A stretch of DNA of 64,000 nt from Patescibacteria group bacterium. GTDB taxonomy: Bacteria > Patescibacteriota > Patescibacteriia > SG8-24 > DYFX01. Location of the stretch: NCBI GenBank assembly GCA_038062835.1, contig JBBTWH010000001.1:42982-106981 (forward strand), read 5' to 3'. Within the stretch, counting starts at the first letter, position 1; every line of letters begins with the position of its first letter. A program made the position numbers and the translations under genes. The notes beneath the pieces were generated by a model. The model worked only from the letters and a program-made list of their open reading frames with translations, had not been told where the DNA came from and searched no databases. Below, piece by piece: positions 18,940 through 29,503 of the stretch.

Positions 18940-21018
18940 TCAGGGCTTGAGCATAGCAAGGAACTCCTTCTCGCTCAAGACGGTCGTACCGAGCTTCCGG
19001 GCCTTCTCGGCTTTCGAGCCCGGTTCATCCCCGACCACCACATAGGACGTCTCTTGTCCGACGGATGACGAGACGCGTCCTCCCCGTTCGAGGATCTTAT
19101 CCTTGGCCTCGTCGCGGGAGAGCGACGCGAGCGTCCCCGTCAGCACGAAGACCTTATCCTTGAACGGCTGCGCCGCGGCGCGCCTTGGCCTCTCGATCTC
19201 GACGCCGACTTCGAGCAAGCGCTCGACCTCCCGCGCGCGCCGGGCATCACGGAAGAACGCGTGGACGCTCTCGGCCACGACGTCGCCGATGCCGCGCGCT
19301 GATTTCAGCTCCGGCAGCGGGGCGTCGCGCAGCCTCTCAAGGCTTCTGAATTCACGCGCGAGCTCGACGGCCGTCTCCTCGCCGACATGCCGGATGCCGA
19401 GCGCGAGGATGAAGCGCGCCAGCGTGACCGTTCTGGATGACCCGATCGCTTCGACGAGATTCTTGGCGGAGAGTTCGCCGAAGCCTTCCAGCGATTCGAG
19501 GTCGCCCGGAGCCAGATCGAAGAAGTCCGCTGGCTGCGAGACGAGGCCTTCGGCCATCAGCTGTTCGACGATCTTCCCGCCCAGCCCGTCGATATCGAAG
19601 GCGCGCTTCGAGACGAACAGCAGGAGGCGTCCCAGGTCTTTCGCCGGGCACTCCCGGTTCACGCAGGTGATGGCGACCTCGCCCTCGCGGCGGACGACGC
19701 CTTCGCCGCACGAAGGGCACGTCTTCGGCGCGACGATCTTCTTCTCCTTTCCGCTCCGCAGCTTCGGCAGGGCTTCGACGATCTTCGGGATGACGTCGCC
19801 GGCCTTCTCCAGCACGACGGTGTCGCCGATCCGGACGCCGAGGCGCTCGATCTCATCCATGTTATGCAGGGTCGCGTGGCGTACGGTCGTGCCGGCCACG
19901 AAGACGGGATCCATGACGGCGACCGGCGTGATGGCACCGGTACGGCCGACCTGCCAGCGAACCTCTCGGATGAGCGTCGTGACGGACTCGGCCGGGAACT
20001 TGAACGCGATCATGCCGCGCGGCGCCTTGCCCACGACGCCGAGACGCTCGTACAGCGCGTTGTCGTCCACGCCGACGACAAGGCCGTCGATCCAGTAGTC
20101 GAGTGATTCGCGCTTCTTCGCGACGTTCTCGTAAAGCGCGAAGACGGCCTTCGCGTCCTCGCAGCGGAGGTTCCACGGGTTCGCCTTGAACCCCATGAGC
20201 TTCGCCAGTTCGTGGCCCTGCTCGTGCGTCTTCAAGCCTTCATGCGTGACGAGATCATACGCCTGGAAGGCCAGCTTGCGCGCCGCGGCGATCTTCGGGT
20301 CGAGCTGCCGGATCGAACCGGCCGCGCCGTTGCGCGGGTTCACGATCGGCGGCTCCCCTTTCTTCTTCAAAGCGGCGTTCAGGGATTCGAAGACCTTCTT
20401 CGGCATGTAGACCTCGCCGCGGACTTCCGTACGCGCGGAAAGGAGGCAGGTGACGATCTTCTTCAGCCCGGCTTCGTCCAATCCTCCGCCGAATTTTTTC
20501 AGGAAGCTCCTGAGTTCGGCGTCGGACGGGCGCCGGAGCGCGAGCGGCACCGATTCGATGGTCCGCAGGTTCATCGTGACGTCCTCCCCGACCTTGCCGT
20601 CGCCGCGCGTCGAACCGCGCTTGAAAAAGCCGCCTTCGTATTCCAAAGAGACGGCCAAGCCATCCATCTTCATCTCGGCGTACAGGTCGCTCTTGAAACC
20701 GGGAACGCGGCGCCGCAGCCTTTCGATCCACTCATCGAACTCCTCGCGGCTGAAGACGTCCTCAAGCGACAGCATCGGCCGTCCGTGCGGAACCTTGCCG
20801 AACGTATCGAGCGGCTTTCCGGCTACGCGCTGGGTCGGCGAGTCGGGCGTGACGAGTTCGGGATGCGCCTGCTCGATCTTCCAGAGCTCGTGCTTCAGGG
20901 AATCCAAAGCGCCCTCGGAGACGGGGCTCTCGTCGAGGACGTGCGCGCGATAGCGATAGTCGTCGATGAGCGCGCGCAGCTTCTTGGCGCGTTCCCCGAC
21001 GGTCTTCTTGTCCGTCAT
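18940..21018 (-). CDS. ligA: NAD-dependent DNA ligase
   Basis: KMDG adenylation motif, STRGDG, zinc finger, HhH, BRCT. Confidence 0.97.
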   Translation of the reverse strand: MTDKKTVGERAKKLRALIDDYRYRAHVLDESPVSEGALDSLKHELWKIEQAHPELVTPDSPTQRVAGKPLDTFGKVPHGRPMLSLEDVFSREEFDEWIERLRRRVPGFKSDLYAEMKMDGLAVSLEYEGGFFKRGSTRGDGKVGEDVTMNLRTIESVPLALRRPSDAELRSFLKKFGGGLDEAGLKKIVTCLLSARTEVRGEVYMPKKVFESLNAALKKKGEPPIVNPRNGAAGSIRQLDPKIAAARKLAFQAYDLVTHEGLKTHEQGHELAKLMGFKANPWNLRCEDAKAVFALYENVAKKRESLDYWIDGLVVGVDDNALYERLGVVGKAPRGMIAFKFPAESVTTLIREVRWQVGRTGAITPVAVMDPVFVAGTTVRHATLHNMDEIERLGVRIGDTVVLEKAGDVIPKIVEALPKLRSGKEKKIVAPKTCPSCGEGVVRREGEVAITCVNRECPAKDLGRLLLFVSKRAFDIDGLGGKIVEQLMAEGLVSQPADFFDLAPGDLESLEGFGELSAKNLVEAIGSSRTVTLARFILALGIRHVGEETAVELAREFRSLERLRDAPLPELKSARGIGDVVAESVHAFFRDARRAREVERLLEVGVEIERPRRAAAQPFKDKVFVLTGTLASLSRDEAKDKILERGGRVSSSVGQETSYVVVGDEPGSKAEKARKLGTTVLSEKEFLAMLKP

Positions 21019-21866
21019 AGGCAGGGCGCTCCGGAAACGCCTTTGAGGAGCGAACATTGGCTGAAGATCACGAAATCGAAGGCGCCCGAAAGCGGCTGAA
21101 GGCGCGGGAGACGGAGCTCCATGGCCTGCCGCGCCGCGCCGTACGTGCCGACCGACTCGACGGCCAGGCGCGACGGGATCGGCACCTGCACGCCGCCGGC
21201 GTCATCGGAACTATACGCCGTGATGGCCAGGTTGAAAATATCGCAGTTCTTCGCGCGCAGTCGCACGCGATATGCCTTCGAGGCCATGAAATCGTCATCG
21301 ATGACCTGGGGCGTGACCCGCAGGAAGGTCAGCGCCGGCGAATCGCCGTGGAACGCGACGTTCGGATCGAATCCGCCCGCCGCCGCCGGGTCCCAGCCGG
21401 TCGCCAACACCTCCAAGCCGGAGGTTCCGCCGCAGACGTCGTCCCAGGCGAAGGTCAGGGACTCCGTGCCGGCGGGGCTCGCGGGCGTCTCCGGATCCCA
21501 CAGCACGACTTCATACGAACGGTCTTCGGGGATGGAGGCGAAAATCGTCGTCTCGGTCGATTCCAGGGCGCGGCTCCAGCGCGCGCCGTTGCCGAGCGGA
21601 ACGCCGGAATCGGTCACCGACGAGTCATGGTTCGGACTCGCGTTCAGCGCGGCGGAACCGGCGCCGACGCGGCGGAGCTGGTAGAGGGTCTGTTCGGCGC
21701 CGGACTCCGCCGCCGCGAAGGCGATGACGGCGTCGTCGATGACGCGAGCCTGCCGCAAGTTCAGCACCGAGATGGTGCCGAGCGAGGCGCCCACGATCAA
21801 GACGCCGCTCATCACGAGGAGCGACATGAGCAGGACGTTCCCTTCGCGGCGAGCGTCAGCGTACAT
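21015..21866 (-). CDS. PilX-like minor pilin
   Basis: G|NVLLMSLLV prepilin-like start without Glu5; AFAAAESG.E..L. Confidence 0.75.
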   Translation of the reverse strand: MYADARREGNVLLMSLLVMSGVLIVGASLGTISVLNLRQARVIDDAVIAFAAAESGAEQTLYQLRRVGAGSAALNASPNHDSSVTDSGVPLGNGARWSRALESTETTIFASIPEDRSYEVVLWDPETPASPAGTESLTFAWDDVCGGTSGLEVLATGWDPAAAGGFDPNVAFHGDSPALTFLRVTPQVIDDDFMASKAYRVRLRAKNCDIFNLAITAYSSDDAGGVQVPIPSRLAVESVGTYGAARQAMELRLPRLQPLSGAFDFVIFSQCSLLKGVSGAPCL

Positions 21867-22443
21867 ATGAGCGCGCGGCTATGGTCGTCTGGGCGTTCAG
21901 CGTGACGATGTCCTCCGGCCTGCGGCCCTGCGTCCGTACCTTCAACGCCAGGGTCACGGTCGGCTGGGCGTCGGCCTTATAGAGTCCGCTGTCCTCGTCG
22001 ATCGAGAACGGGTCGGCCTGCGGGGTGATGAAAAAGGCGAGGTTCTCGAGGAGGATGCCGGAGGACGTGACGCTCTGCGCGACGCCGTCGACGCGCACGG
22101 CCAGACAACCGGCGACTCCCGCCGGACAGATCGACGGATTCGTCTCCTTGTAGAACTCGAGGCGGGAGCCGGAGGCGCTGCGGATGATGAGGTTCAGGGA
22201 CGGAGCCTGGATGCCGCCGGCGGCCTCGTACGTCTCGTAGTCGATGGACCCGGCACGGACCTCGCGCACGATGCTCTCGAGCGTGAAGCGCAGGTCGGCC
22301 TGCGCCGCCGTGATAGCCAGCACGCGGCGCTGCGCCTGGTTCGAGAGCAGGAAGATGGACGACGTCAAAGCCACCGTCAGGCTGAAGATGCCCATGACGA
22401 CCAGAAGCTCCATCAGGGTGATGCCGCGCGGCGCCGTCTTCAT
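21856..22443 (-). CDS. PilW-like minor pilin
   Basis: G|ITLMELLVVMGIF N-methylation motif. Confidence 0.82.
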   Translation of the reverse strand: MKTAPRGITLMELLVVMGIFSLTVALTSSIFLLSNQAQRRVLAITAAQADLRFTLESIVREVRAGSIDYETYEAAGGIQAPSLNLIIRSASGSRLEFYKETNPSICPAGVAGCLAVRVDGVAQSVTSSGILLENLAFFITPQADPFSIDEDSGLYKADAQPTVTLALKVRTQGRRPEDIVTLNAQTTIAARSYVR

Positions 22444-22450
22444 AGAGGTT

Positions 22451-23074
22451 TCATCTCCAGTCATAAAGGCGTTCCTCGACGGCCAGCGTCTGCTGCTGTC
22501 CTCCCGCGCCGCGCCAACGGACGGTCGAATAGACCGCCAGGCCCGCCAGCGTCTCGGAACCGAGGCAGGTCGCGGAACTTCCGACGATGCGCTCGACGCC
22601 GGTGCCATCGTCGCGGCAGACGTGTTGGAGCGTCAGGAGGCGCGAGTACGGACTCGCGGCCCCGCCGGTCGGCGGAGTGTCGGCCTGCCGATAGACGCCG
22701 TCGCTCATCAGGTAGACGGCCGCGTTCGCCGCCCCCATCGACGTGGGCTCGAACGAAAGCGTCCAGCTCCCGTTCTCCGTATCAAGCATCGGTCGTGCCG
22801 TCTTGTTGCCGGCACCATCGACCAGTCCGACCTGGAAGCTGCGCCCCATGAGCCAGTTGGTGTCGCGAGCCGCACGTACGACTTCCAAGCCTTCGCGCGC
22901 GAGGTTGGCGGCGATGACCTGCATGCCTCCGACGCGCGTCGCCGTGATGGAGGATTGGATGAGCGCCAGCGAACTCGAAATCGCGGTGATGATCACGGTA
23001 ATCGCCACCATCGCCTCGATGAAGGACTGTCCGCGCCGTGCGCCGTGCGGTGAACGGACGTGCCGCTCAATCAT
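22451..23074 (-). CDS. PilV-like minor pilin
   Basis: G|QSFIEAMVAI; A.NLAREGLEVVR..RD.NW; ends LYDWR. Confidence 0.8.
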   Translation of the reverse strand: MIERHVRSPHGARRGQSFIEAMVAITVIITAISSSLALIQSSITATRVGGMQVIAANLAREGLEVVRAARDTNWLMGRSFQVGLVDGAGNKTARPMLDTENGSWTLSFEPTSMGAANAAVYLMSDGVYRQADTPPTGGAASPYSRLLTLQHVCRDDGTGVERIVGSSATCLGSETLAGLAVYSTVRWRGAGGQQQTLAVEERLYDWR

Positions 23075-23708
23075 GCTCGATTTTTCCGGAAAGGCGGTAG
23101 ATGGTGACATGGCGGGTCATGTTTCCGAATTGATGGCCGAGCGTCAGCGAAACCGTGGTCGGGCCGGAGTCCGAACCGTTGACGTACAGCTTCCCGAACG
23201 GCGGCGCGTAGACGATATCGAGCGGGTCACCGGAGGGGCTGCCCTGGAAACGCGCCGCCGCAGTCGAAACGTACGGCGCCGCCGCGTACTCCTCGCCCGC
23301 GTCGTACCGCTGGTCGTCGTCGGTGTCGTAGAAGAGAACGTACTCGCTGCTCGCGAGCGTCGAGAAACGGATGCCGTAGCCCGCCGGGACTCGCTTCTGG
23401 CATGATCCTCCGGAGCACGTGACTGCCGGCTGCTTCGGTTCGCACGCGTCGAGATCTTCCGCCCCGCCGCTGCAGACCGCCGCCAACCGGCCGGTCAATG
23501 ACGACGTCTGCACGGCCCGGAGCTGACCGACAAGGATGTCCGCCGCGAGACGCACTTCGGCCGCCTGCTGGCCGCCGCGGAAGTTCGCCATCATCATCCC
23601 CGTCAGCACGCCGATGATGGAAATCGAGACGAGCAGTTCGACCAGCGTGAACCCCCCTGCGCCGACGGCTCGGGGGGCAGGTCCCTTAGAGCGAGAGGAG
23701 CGAAGCAT
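23067..23708 (-). CDS. FimT/FimU-like minor pilin
   Basis: G|FTLVELLVSISII. Confidence 0.82.
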   Translation of the reverse strand: MLRSSRSKGPAPRAVGAGGFTLVELLVSISIIGVLTGMMMANFRGGQQAAEVRLAADILVGQLRAVQTSSLTGRLAAVCSGGAEDLDACEPKQPAVTCSGGSCQKRVPAGYGIRFSTLASSEYVLFYDTDDDQRYDAGEEYAAAPYVSTAAARFQGSPSGDPLDIVYAPPFGKLYVNGSDSGPTTVSLTLGHQFGNMTRHVTIYRLSGKIEHD

Positions 23709-24456
23709 ACCAGGCCATGATGGACTGGCCGAAGAACAGGGCCAGGAGCGTGCCGACGCTGAGGAAGGTCCCGAACGCCATTTGGCCGCTCCAACGCGCC
23801 TTGCCGGCGGCCAGGAGCCCGAGCGCCGCGACGGCCCCGATGACGTATGACGCGAACAGCGCCAGGATGACGCCGGGGAATCCAAGCATCGCGCCCATCA
23901 TGCCGCCGATGCGGATATCGCCGCCGCCTATCCAGCGTCCGCGCGAGATGACGTACTGGAAAAGGAAGAAGCCCGCCCCCGCGGCGGCGGCCAGGAACAG
24001 ATCGAGCGCGTCGGCCCCCGCCGCCAAGTTGAACAGGAACGCGATGGCGATCATCGGCAGCGTCACCGAATCGAAGACGACCATGTCGCGCAGATCGATG
24101 ACGAAGACGACCGTCAGCGCGGCGATGAAGATCCAATCGCGCAACACGAGCAGGGCGCCGCCGCCCAGTACGCCGGCGTCGCCGCCGCGCAGCCAGAAGG
24201 CGCTCAAGAAGAGAAGCGCCGTCGACAGCTCGACCATCGGATACTGCCAGGATATCGGCTTGCTGCAGGAACGGCAGCGGCCGCGGAGCGCCAGGAAACT
24301 GAAAAGCGGCACGAGCTCGCTCGGGCGCAGGACCGCGTGGCAGTCCGGGCAGCGCGATCGGCTCCGCCAGCCCGTCTCGCCGGACCGCAGCCTTCCGATG
24401 ACGACGTTCAGGAAGCTGCCGATCGCGAGACCGATGAATAAGGCTACGAAGGTCAT
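23686..24456 (-). CDS. pilD: Prepilin peptidase
   Basis: GSFLNVVI.R, RS.CP.C, GRCR.C, GGGD, FG.FL. Confidence 0.95.
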   Translation of the reverse strand: MTFVALFIGLAIGSFLNVVIGRLRSGETGWRSRSRCPDCHAVLRPSELVPLFSFLALRGRCRSCSKPISWQYPMVELSTALLFLSAFWLRGGDAGVLGGGALLVLRDWIFIAALTVVFVIDLRDMVVFDSVTLPMIAIAFLFNLAAGADALDLFLAAAAGAGFFLFQYVISRGRWIGGGDIRIGGMMGAMLGFPGVILALFASYVIGAVAALGLLAAGKARWSGQMAFGTFLSVGTLLALFFGQSIMAWYASLLSL

Positions 24457-24459
24457 GCG

Positions 24460-24987
24460 TCAGGGACAAGTTCCGTTCCGAAGCGACGACTGGTCTACCA
24501 TCACCGCTCCGGCTGCCAGTTCGATTTGCGGCAAGCCGCGCTCCAGTGAGGATTGGACGCAATAGCCGAGGCACGGCGCCGTCGTGCAGGTCGAAATGAT
24601 GCCGTTCGTGCTGCGGTACGCATAGGCGGCGCCGTTCGGGGTCGGATTCGCCGGTACGAGGCCCATGTAGACCCTGCCAAGGTCGCAGTTCCCGACGCCC
24701 TGATCCGCGGCGAACGATGCGACGGCGCCCTTCGCGCACAAGACGTCGGTCGTACCGGCGCCGAGCGTCAGAGGAGAAGCCACGACCGGATAACCTGAAC
24801 CCGGCTCGAACGACAGCTCGAGCGCTTTTTGGATCTGCTTCAGGTCAGTCACCCGCTTCTCGTCACGCGCCTTCGCGCGCGCGCCGCCGACTGCGGCGAT
24901 GGTGATAGTGGCCGTGAGGCCGATGATGGCGATGACGATGAGGAGTTCTATGAGCGTGAATCCCCGAAAGCGCTGATGGATCGGCAT
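24460..24987 (-). CDS. Type IV pilin, paralog of 25072-25554
   Basis: G|FTLIELLIVIAIIG, ARD.KR..D. Confidence 0.88.
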   Translation of the reverse strand: MPIHQRFRGFTLIELLIVIAIIGLTATITIAAVGGARAKARDEKRVTDLKQIQKALELSFEPGSGYPVVASPLTLGAGTTDVLCAKGAVASFAADQGVGNCDLGRVYMGLVPANPTPNGAAYAYRSTNGIISTCTTAPCLGYCVQSSLERGLPQIELAAGAVMVDQSSLRNGTCP

Positions 24988-25026
24988 GCTTCGCAGTCTA
25001 TGAACAATGCCTACATTATAACACGA

Positions 25027-25053
25027 AAAGCCCGTCCATGATGGACGGGCTTT
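25027..25053 (-). terminator. Terminator after the probable major pilin
   Basis: AAAGCCCGTCCA-tga-TGGACGGGCTTT. Confidence 0.7.
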
Positions 25054-25071
25054 CCCCGAGTCGACCGAGGC

Positions 25072-25554
25072 TTAGCAGCCCGGGGTCGCATCGTCGGCCT
25101 GAATGCCGTTCTGGTTGGCGCAGTTGGCGCCGGCGCCGAGCTGGCCGGTGGCTCCTTCCAGGCTGAAGGTGATCCAGTACGTGCCCGAGCCGGTGGCGCT
25201 GTTGTAGGTGTACGGCAGGCCGGCGGGGGTCGGGTTCGAGGGGACGAGACCCATGTAGATCGTCGTGCAGTTCGACGTGTCGCCCTGGAACACGGCTCCG
25301 CTGTTGTTGCAGAGGACGTCATCCGCAGCGCCGCCGAGGACGGTGGACGTCTCAGTCGGGTAGTTGTTCGACTCTGAGAACGCGAGCTCGAGGGCGGTCT
25401 GGATCTGGCGGATGTCCGAGACGCGCTTGGCGTCGCGGGAACGCTGGCGGGCGCTGTTAAGGGCGACGACGGCCAGGGTGGAGAGCAGACCGATGATGGC
25501 GATGACCACCAGCAGTTCGATAAGGGTGAAACCCTTGGACTGTGAGCGCTTCAT
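25072..25554 (-). CDS. Type IV pilin, probable major pilin
   Basis: G|FTLIELLVVIAIIGLL; own upstream spacer and terminator. Confidence 0.9.
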   Translation of the reverse strand: MKRSQSKGFTLIELLVVIAIIGLLSTLAVVALNSARQRSRDAKRVSDIRQIQTALELAFSESNNYPTETSTVLGGAADDVLCNNSGAVFQGDTSNCTTIYMGLVPSNPTPAGLPYTYNSATGSGTYWITFSLEGATGQLGAGANCANQNGIQADDATPGC

Positions 25555-25679
25555 ACCGTTGGAACGAAAGTTTCTAAATGACTAATTAGCATGGGTTCAA
25601 TCGCCTCGTGTCGGCACACGGATATGATGGACTCTTTTCAGAGATTCTTCAAAGCTGATTATCCACAGTCTACCATCTT

Positions 25680-26081
25680 TCAGCGCCTGACGCACGTGAT
25701 GCCGCCTGCTGGACGGACTTCGCACGCGCCTCCCGGCAGGGTGCCGACGCGCCCCTCGAGCGTGAAGCGCAGTACGTAGGAACGGCATGTCTCTGAGGCA
25801 TCCGGCGCGCAGCCTGCCGGTTCCGCCCGGTATTCGAACGCTTCCGCGAGTCCCGCGTCGTCGGCCGGCAGATCCGCGGCGGCGCCGGGGTACGAAGCCG
25901 TCATCGCACGGTATGTCTCGACGGCCGCCTGCGCCTGCCGCGCCGCGGAGACGACCGCGCCGTCGCGCTCGCGGCGCCGTGCGTCGAGGACGCCGAGCAG
26001 CATCGGGACTCCGAGAAGCAGGATGACTCCGGCAGCCACCAGGATTTCCGCGAGCGTCATGCCTTTGCGCATATGGTTCAC
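25680..26081 (-). CDS. Pilin-like protein
   Basis: G|MTLAEILV. Confidence 0.75.
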   Translation of the reverse strand: MNHMRKGMTLAEILVAAGVILLLGVPMLLGVLDARRRERDGAVVSAARQAQAAVETYRAMTASYPGAAADLPADDAGLAEAFEYRAEPAGCAPDASETCRSYVLRFTLEGRVGTLPGGACEVRPAGGITCVRR

Positions 26082-27286
26082 ATCTGTTGAGCGAGGCTGT
26101 ACATCGGAAGGATGATGGCCATCACGAGCGCGCCGACGGCGACGCCCATCACGATCATGATGATAGGCTCGATGGCGGTAGAGAGCGTCGAGACGGCGGC
26201 GTTCACCTCGCGCGTGTAGAAATCGGTCAGTCGGGAAAGCACCTGCTGCAATTTTCCGGTTTCCTCCCCGATCGAGATCATCTGGGTGACCATGTCCGGG
26301 AATTCCTTGCGGCCCTTCAGCGAGCCGGCCATGGTGTTGCCCGCCGAGACTTCCTGGACCGTCAGGACGAGGCCTTCGCGATAGGTCTCGTTGCCGACCA
26401 CGCCGGCGACGACCTTGAGGCTCGTAACCAGGTCGACGCCGCCTTCGATGAGCGTCGAGAGGCTGTGCGTGATGCGCGTGATATAGATCTTGCGGAAAAG
26501 CGCGCCGAATACCGGGATACGGAGCAGGACCCCGTCGAGGAATCGCTTGCCTCCGGGCGTACGATAGGCAGTCCTCACTCCGACGACGGCACCGAGCGCG
26601 CCGCCGACGATGACGTACCAGTATTTCACGAAGAAATCGCTCACGTTCACCAGGATCCTGGTGGCGAGCGGCAGATCGGCGCCGCTCTCGCGCAGGACTG
26701 CCGTCAGCTTCGGCACCACGAAAATCATCATCACGGTTCCTACGATGAAGAGCATGATGACGACGATGATCGGATACGTCATGGCGCCCTTCACGCGGCG
26801 ACGCAGATCGAGATCCTTTTCCTGCTGGTCGGCCAGATAGTGCAGGACCTCGTCGAGCTTGCCTGAAGTCTCGCCCGAACGGAGCATGTTCACGTAGAAC
26901 GACCCGAAGACGTGGGGGTATTTGGCGAACGCGTCGGAGAGCCTGACTCCGCCTTCGACCTCGTTGGCGATATCAAGGACGATGCCATGGAGCTTCGGAC
27001 TCACGGTCTGCCGCGCGGCGGTGCGCAGCGACCGCACGATGGAGATCGAAGCGCCGACCATCACCGAAAGCTGGCGCGAGAAGATGACGATGTCCTCGAC
27101 CTTGACCCGCTGGAGGAACGTGAATCTGAGGTTGCCGATCGAGGTCGCCTCGCGCTCATCGACGCCCATGACCTGATAACCGCGCTCACGAAGCACGTCG
27201 CCGGCCTGTCCGGCGTCGGCCGCTTCCACAGCGCCTTCAAGATCGCGGCCCCGGGAGTCCTTGACCTTGTAGCTGAAGATCGGCAT
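26078..27286 (-). CDS. pilC: Type IV pilus platform protein (PilC/GspF)
   Basis: FSRQLS.M, GE.SGKL, GAM.YP, GEETG.L, EP..I. Confidence 0.93.
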   Translation of the reverse strand: MPIFSYKVKDSRGRDLEGAVEAADAGQAGDVLRERGYQVMGVDEREATSIGNLRFTFLQRVKVEDIVIFSRQLSVMVGASISIVRSLRTAARQTVSPKLHGIVLDIANEVEGGVRLSDAFAKYPHVFGSFYVNMLRSGETSGKLDEVLHYLADQQEKDLDLRRRVKGAMTYPIIVVIMLFIVGTVMMIFVVPKLTAVLRESGADLPLATRILVNVSDFFVKYWYVIVGGALGAVVGVRTAYRTPGGKRFLDGVLLRIPVFGALFRKIYITRITHSLSTLIEGGVDLVTSLKVVAGVVGNETYREGLVLTVQEVSAGNTMAGSLKGRKEFPDMVTQMISIGEETGKLQQVLSRLTDFYTREVNAAVSTLSTAIEPIIMIVMGVAVGALVMAIILPMYSLAQQM

Positions 27287-27289
27287 GGG

Positions 27290-27343
27290 GAGGTCTGAGC
27301 GTTGAGGTTTGAGGTCTGACGTTAACCCTCAGACCTCAAACCT
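27290..27343. repeat. Heptamer-based (GAGGTYT) imperfect hairpin
   Basis: GAGGTTTGAGGTCTGA...TCAGACCTCAAACCT. Confidence 0.6.
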
Positions 27344-27345
27344 TA

Positions 27346-27744
27346 TTACTTCAGGTTGAGGATCTTCTTCACTTTCTTGACCGCTTCTCCGGGGACGAAG
27401 TGCGCCTTGATGAGGTAATCGACCGCGCCTTCCTTGAGGCAGCGCTCGACGTCTTCCTTCTGGCCGAGGTTCGTGAGCATCACGACGGGAATCTGCATCA
27501 GTTTCGGATCGAGCTTGAGGCGGTGCAGCATCTCGAAACCGTCCATTTTCGGCATGAGGATGTCGAGCAGGATGATATGGGGCGAGTGCTTCTCGGCCAG
27601 CTTCAAGCCCTGCTCGCCGTCGGCGCCGTGCAGGACGGTGAAACCTTCCAATTCAAATTTCGTGGCGTAGACGCTCGCCAGGAAGGAGTCGTCTTCGACC
27701 AGCAGTATCTTGACCTCGCTCAGGTTCGTCGGCATATGCATCAT
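27346..27744 (-). CDS. Single-domain response regulator
   Basis: ILLVEDD, LLDILMPKMDG, MLTN, DYLIK. Confidence 0.92.
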   Translation of the reverse strand: MMHMPTNLSEVKILLVEDDSFLASVYATKFELEGFTVLHGADGEQGLKLAEKHSPHIILLDILMPKMDGFEMLHRLKLDPKLMQIPVVMLTNLGQKEDVERCLKEGAVDYLIKAHFVPGEAVKKVKKILNLK

Positions 27745-29495
27745 TCTCTCGCGAGACGGAGCACTTCGTCAACCGTCGTGGCGCCTTCGATGACCTTGAG
27801 CATCGCGTCCTGGCGCATGGTGATCCAGCCCTGCCTCCTCACTTCCTCCCTGACCTTATCGACAGGAAAGCCCTCGTTCATCATCTTCTGGATTTCCGCG
27901 TTGACGCTGATGAGCTCGGCGATGACCGTGCGGCCGGCGTAGCCCGTGTCGCTGCAGCGCAGGCAGCCCTTGCCCTTCTTGAACGGCAGCGGTCCTTCAA
28001 GCGTGAAGCCTTTCGGCAAGTATTCAGCGGGGACGTCCTTGAGGGCGTCGCGGACCATCAGGGCCGCGTTCTCCGGGACTTCCGCGTCCGTCTTGCAGTG
28101 CTCGCAGATCTTGCGGGCCAAGCGCTGGGCGATGATGAGATTGAGCGTCGCCGAAAGGAGGAACGGCTCGACGCCGAGATCGGTCAGGCGCGGGATGACG
28201 CCGATGGCGTCGTTGGTATGGATGGTGGTCAGGATCAGGTGGCCGGTAAGAGCCGCATGGACGCCGAGTTCGCCGGTCTCCTGGTCGCGGATCTCGCCGA
28301 CCATGATGACGTTCGGGTCCTGGCGCAGAAGGGCGCGCAAGCCGTTGGCGAAGGTGAACTTGATCTCCGGCTTGATCTGCGACTGGTTGATGCCGGGCAG
28401 GAAGTATTCGACGGGGTCCTCGAGCGTCGAGATGTTGACGCCCTCGTCGTTGATCATGCCGAGCATGGTGAGAAGCGTCGTCGACTTTCCCGAACCGGTC
28501 GGACCGGTGATCAGGATCATGCCGTGCGGTTTCTTGATCTCGGACTGCACGGCGTCGCGATACTTCTTGCGGAACCCAAGGCCTTCGAGCGTCGGCACGC
28601 CGGTGGAAGTGTCAAGCACGCGCATGACGACTTTCTCGTTGTCGACGACGGGGAGCGTCGAGATGCGGAAGTCGATGTTCTTGCCGTTGATGACCTGGGT
28701 GATGCGGCCGTCCTGAGGGACGCGCGTCTCGTCGAGCTTCAGGTTCGCCAGGACCTTCACGCGCGAAACGACCGCCGAGTGCAGGTAGGCCGGCAGGGTC
28801 AGCAGGGTGCGGAGCACGCCGTCGATACGGTAGCGCACGCGCGTCTCCTTGCCCTTCGGTTCGATGTGAATGTCGGAAGCCTTGGATTCCACCGCGTAGC
28901 GCATCACCACCGAGACGATGCGCGATACCGGCGCGCCCTTGATGACTTCCTCGATCTTGGATTCCTCGCCTTTCAGGTCCTCATCCTCCGCCTCTTCCTG
29001 CTCCTGCTCGGCCGTCACCAGGGCTTCGCCGACCTCCTTCTTGAACGCGCCGTATTGCTTGATGATGGCGATGGCCGCGTTCTGGGTGGTCACGGATGGC
29101 ACGGCCGTCATGTTGCGCTCGGCCATCAGGAACCCGACGGCTTCGGCGGCGGCGGAGTTGAGCGGGTCGACGTATGCGACCTTCAGCGTCGTCCCCTGCT
29201 GTTCGTAGGAGATCACCTGGTACGTTTCGGCGACCGTCTTCGGGATGATGTTAAGCGTGTCCTGATCGATCTGGCGGCCGGCCAGGTCCACGAACTCAAG
29301 ACCGAGGCCCTCGGCTTTCGCGCGCGCGAGGTCCTCTTCCTGCACCAGGCGCCGCTCCAATAGGACGCGTTCGAGCGCCTCGGCGTCCTGTCCGGCGAAC
29401 TCCGTAGCCAGCGCCACGAAGGTCTCCTTGCTGAGTTTTCCTTGACCCGCCAGCAGTTCGAGAAGGCCGGCAGCGGTCTTGAGGGCGACGGCCAT
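27741..29495 (-). CDS. pilB: Type IV pilus assembly ATPase (PilB/GspE)
   Basis: ASDIHIEP, GPTGSGKST, LRQDP..IMVGEIRD, zinc CxxC pairs. Confidence 0.94.
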   Translation of the reverse strand: MAVALKTAAGLLELLAGQGKLSKETFVALATEFAGQDAEALERVLLERRLVQEEDLARAKAEGLGLEFVDLAGRQIDQDTLNIIPKTVAETYQVISYEQQGTTLKVAYVDPLNSAAAEAVGFLMAERNMTAVPSVTTQNAAIAIIKQYGAFKKEVGEALVTAEQEQEEAEDEDLKGEESKIEEVIKGAPVSRIVSVVMRYAVESKASDIHIEPKGKETRVRYRIDGVLRTLLTLPAYLHSAVVSRVKVLANLKLDETRVPQDGRITQVINGKNIDFRISTLPVVDNEKVVMRVLDTSTGVPTLEGLGFRKKYRDAVQSEIKKPHGMILITGPTGSGKSTTLLTMLGMINDEGVNISTLEDPVEYFLPGINQSQIKPEIKFTFANGLRALLRQDPNVIMVGEIRDQETGELGVHAALTGHLILTTIHTNDAIGVIPRLTDLGVEPFLLSATLNLIIAQRLARKICEHCKTDAEVPENAALMVRDALKDVPAEYLPKGFTLEGPLPFKKGKGCLRCSDTGYAGRTVIAELISVNAEIQKMMNEGFPVDKVREEVRRQGWITMRQDAMLKVIEGATTVDEVLRLARE

Positions 29496-29503
29496 GAGTA
29501 TCG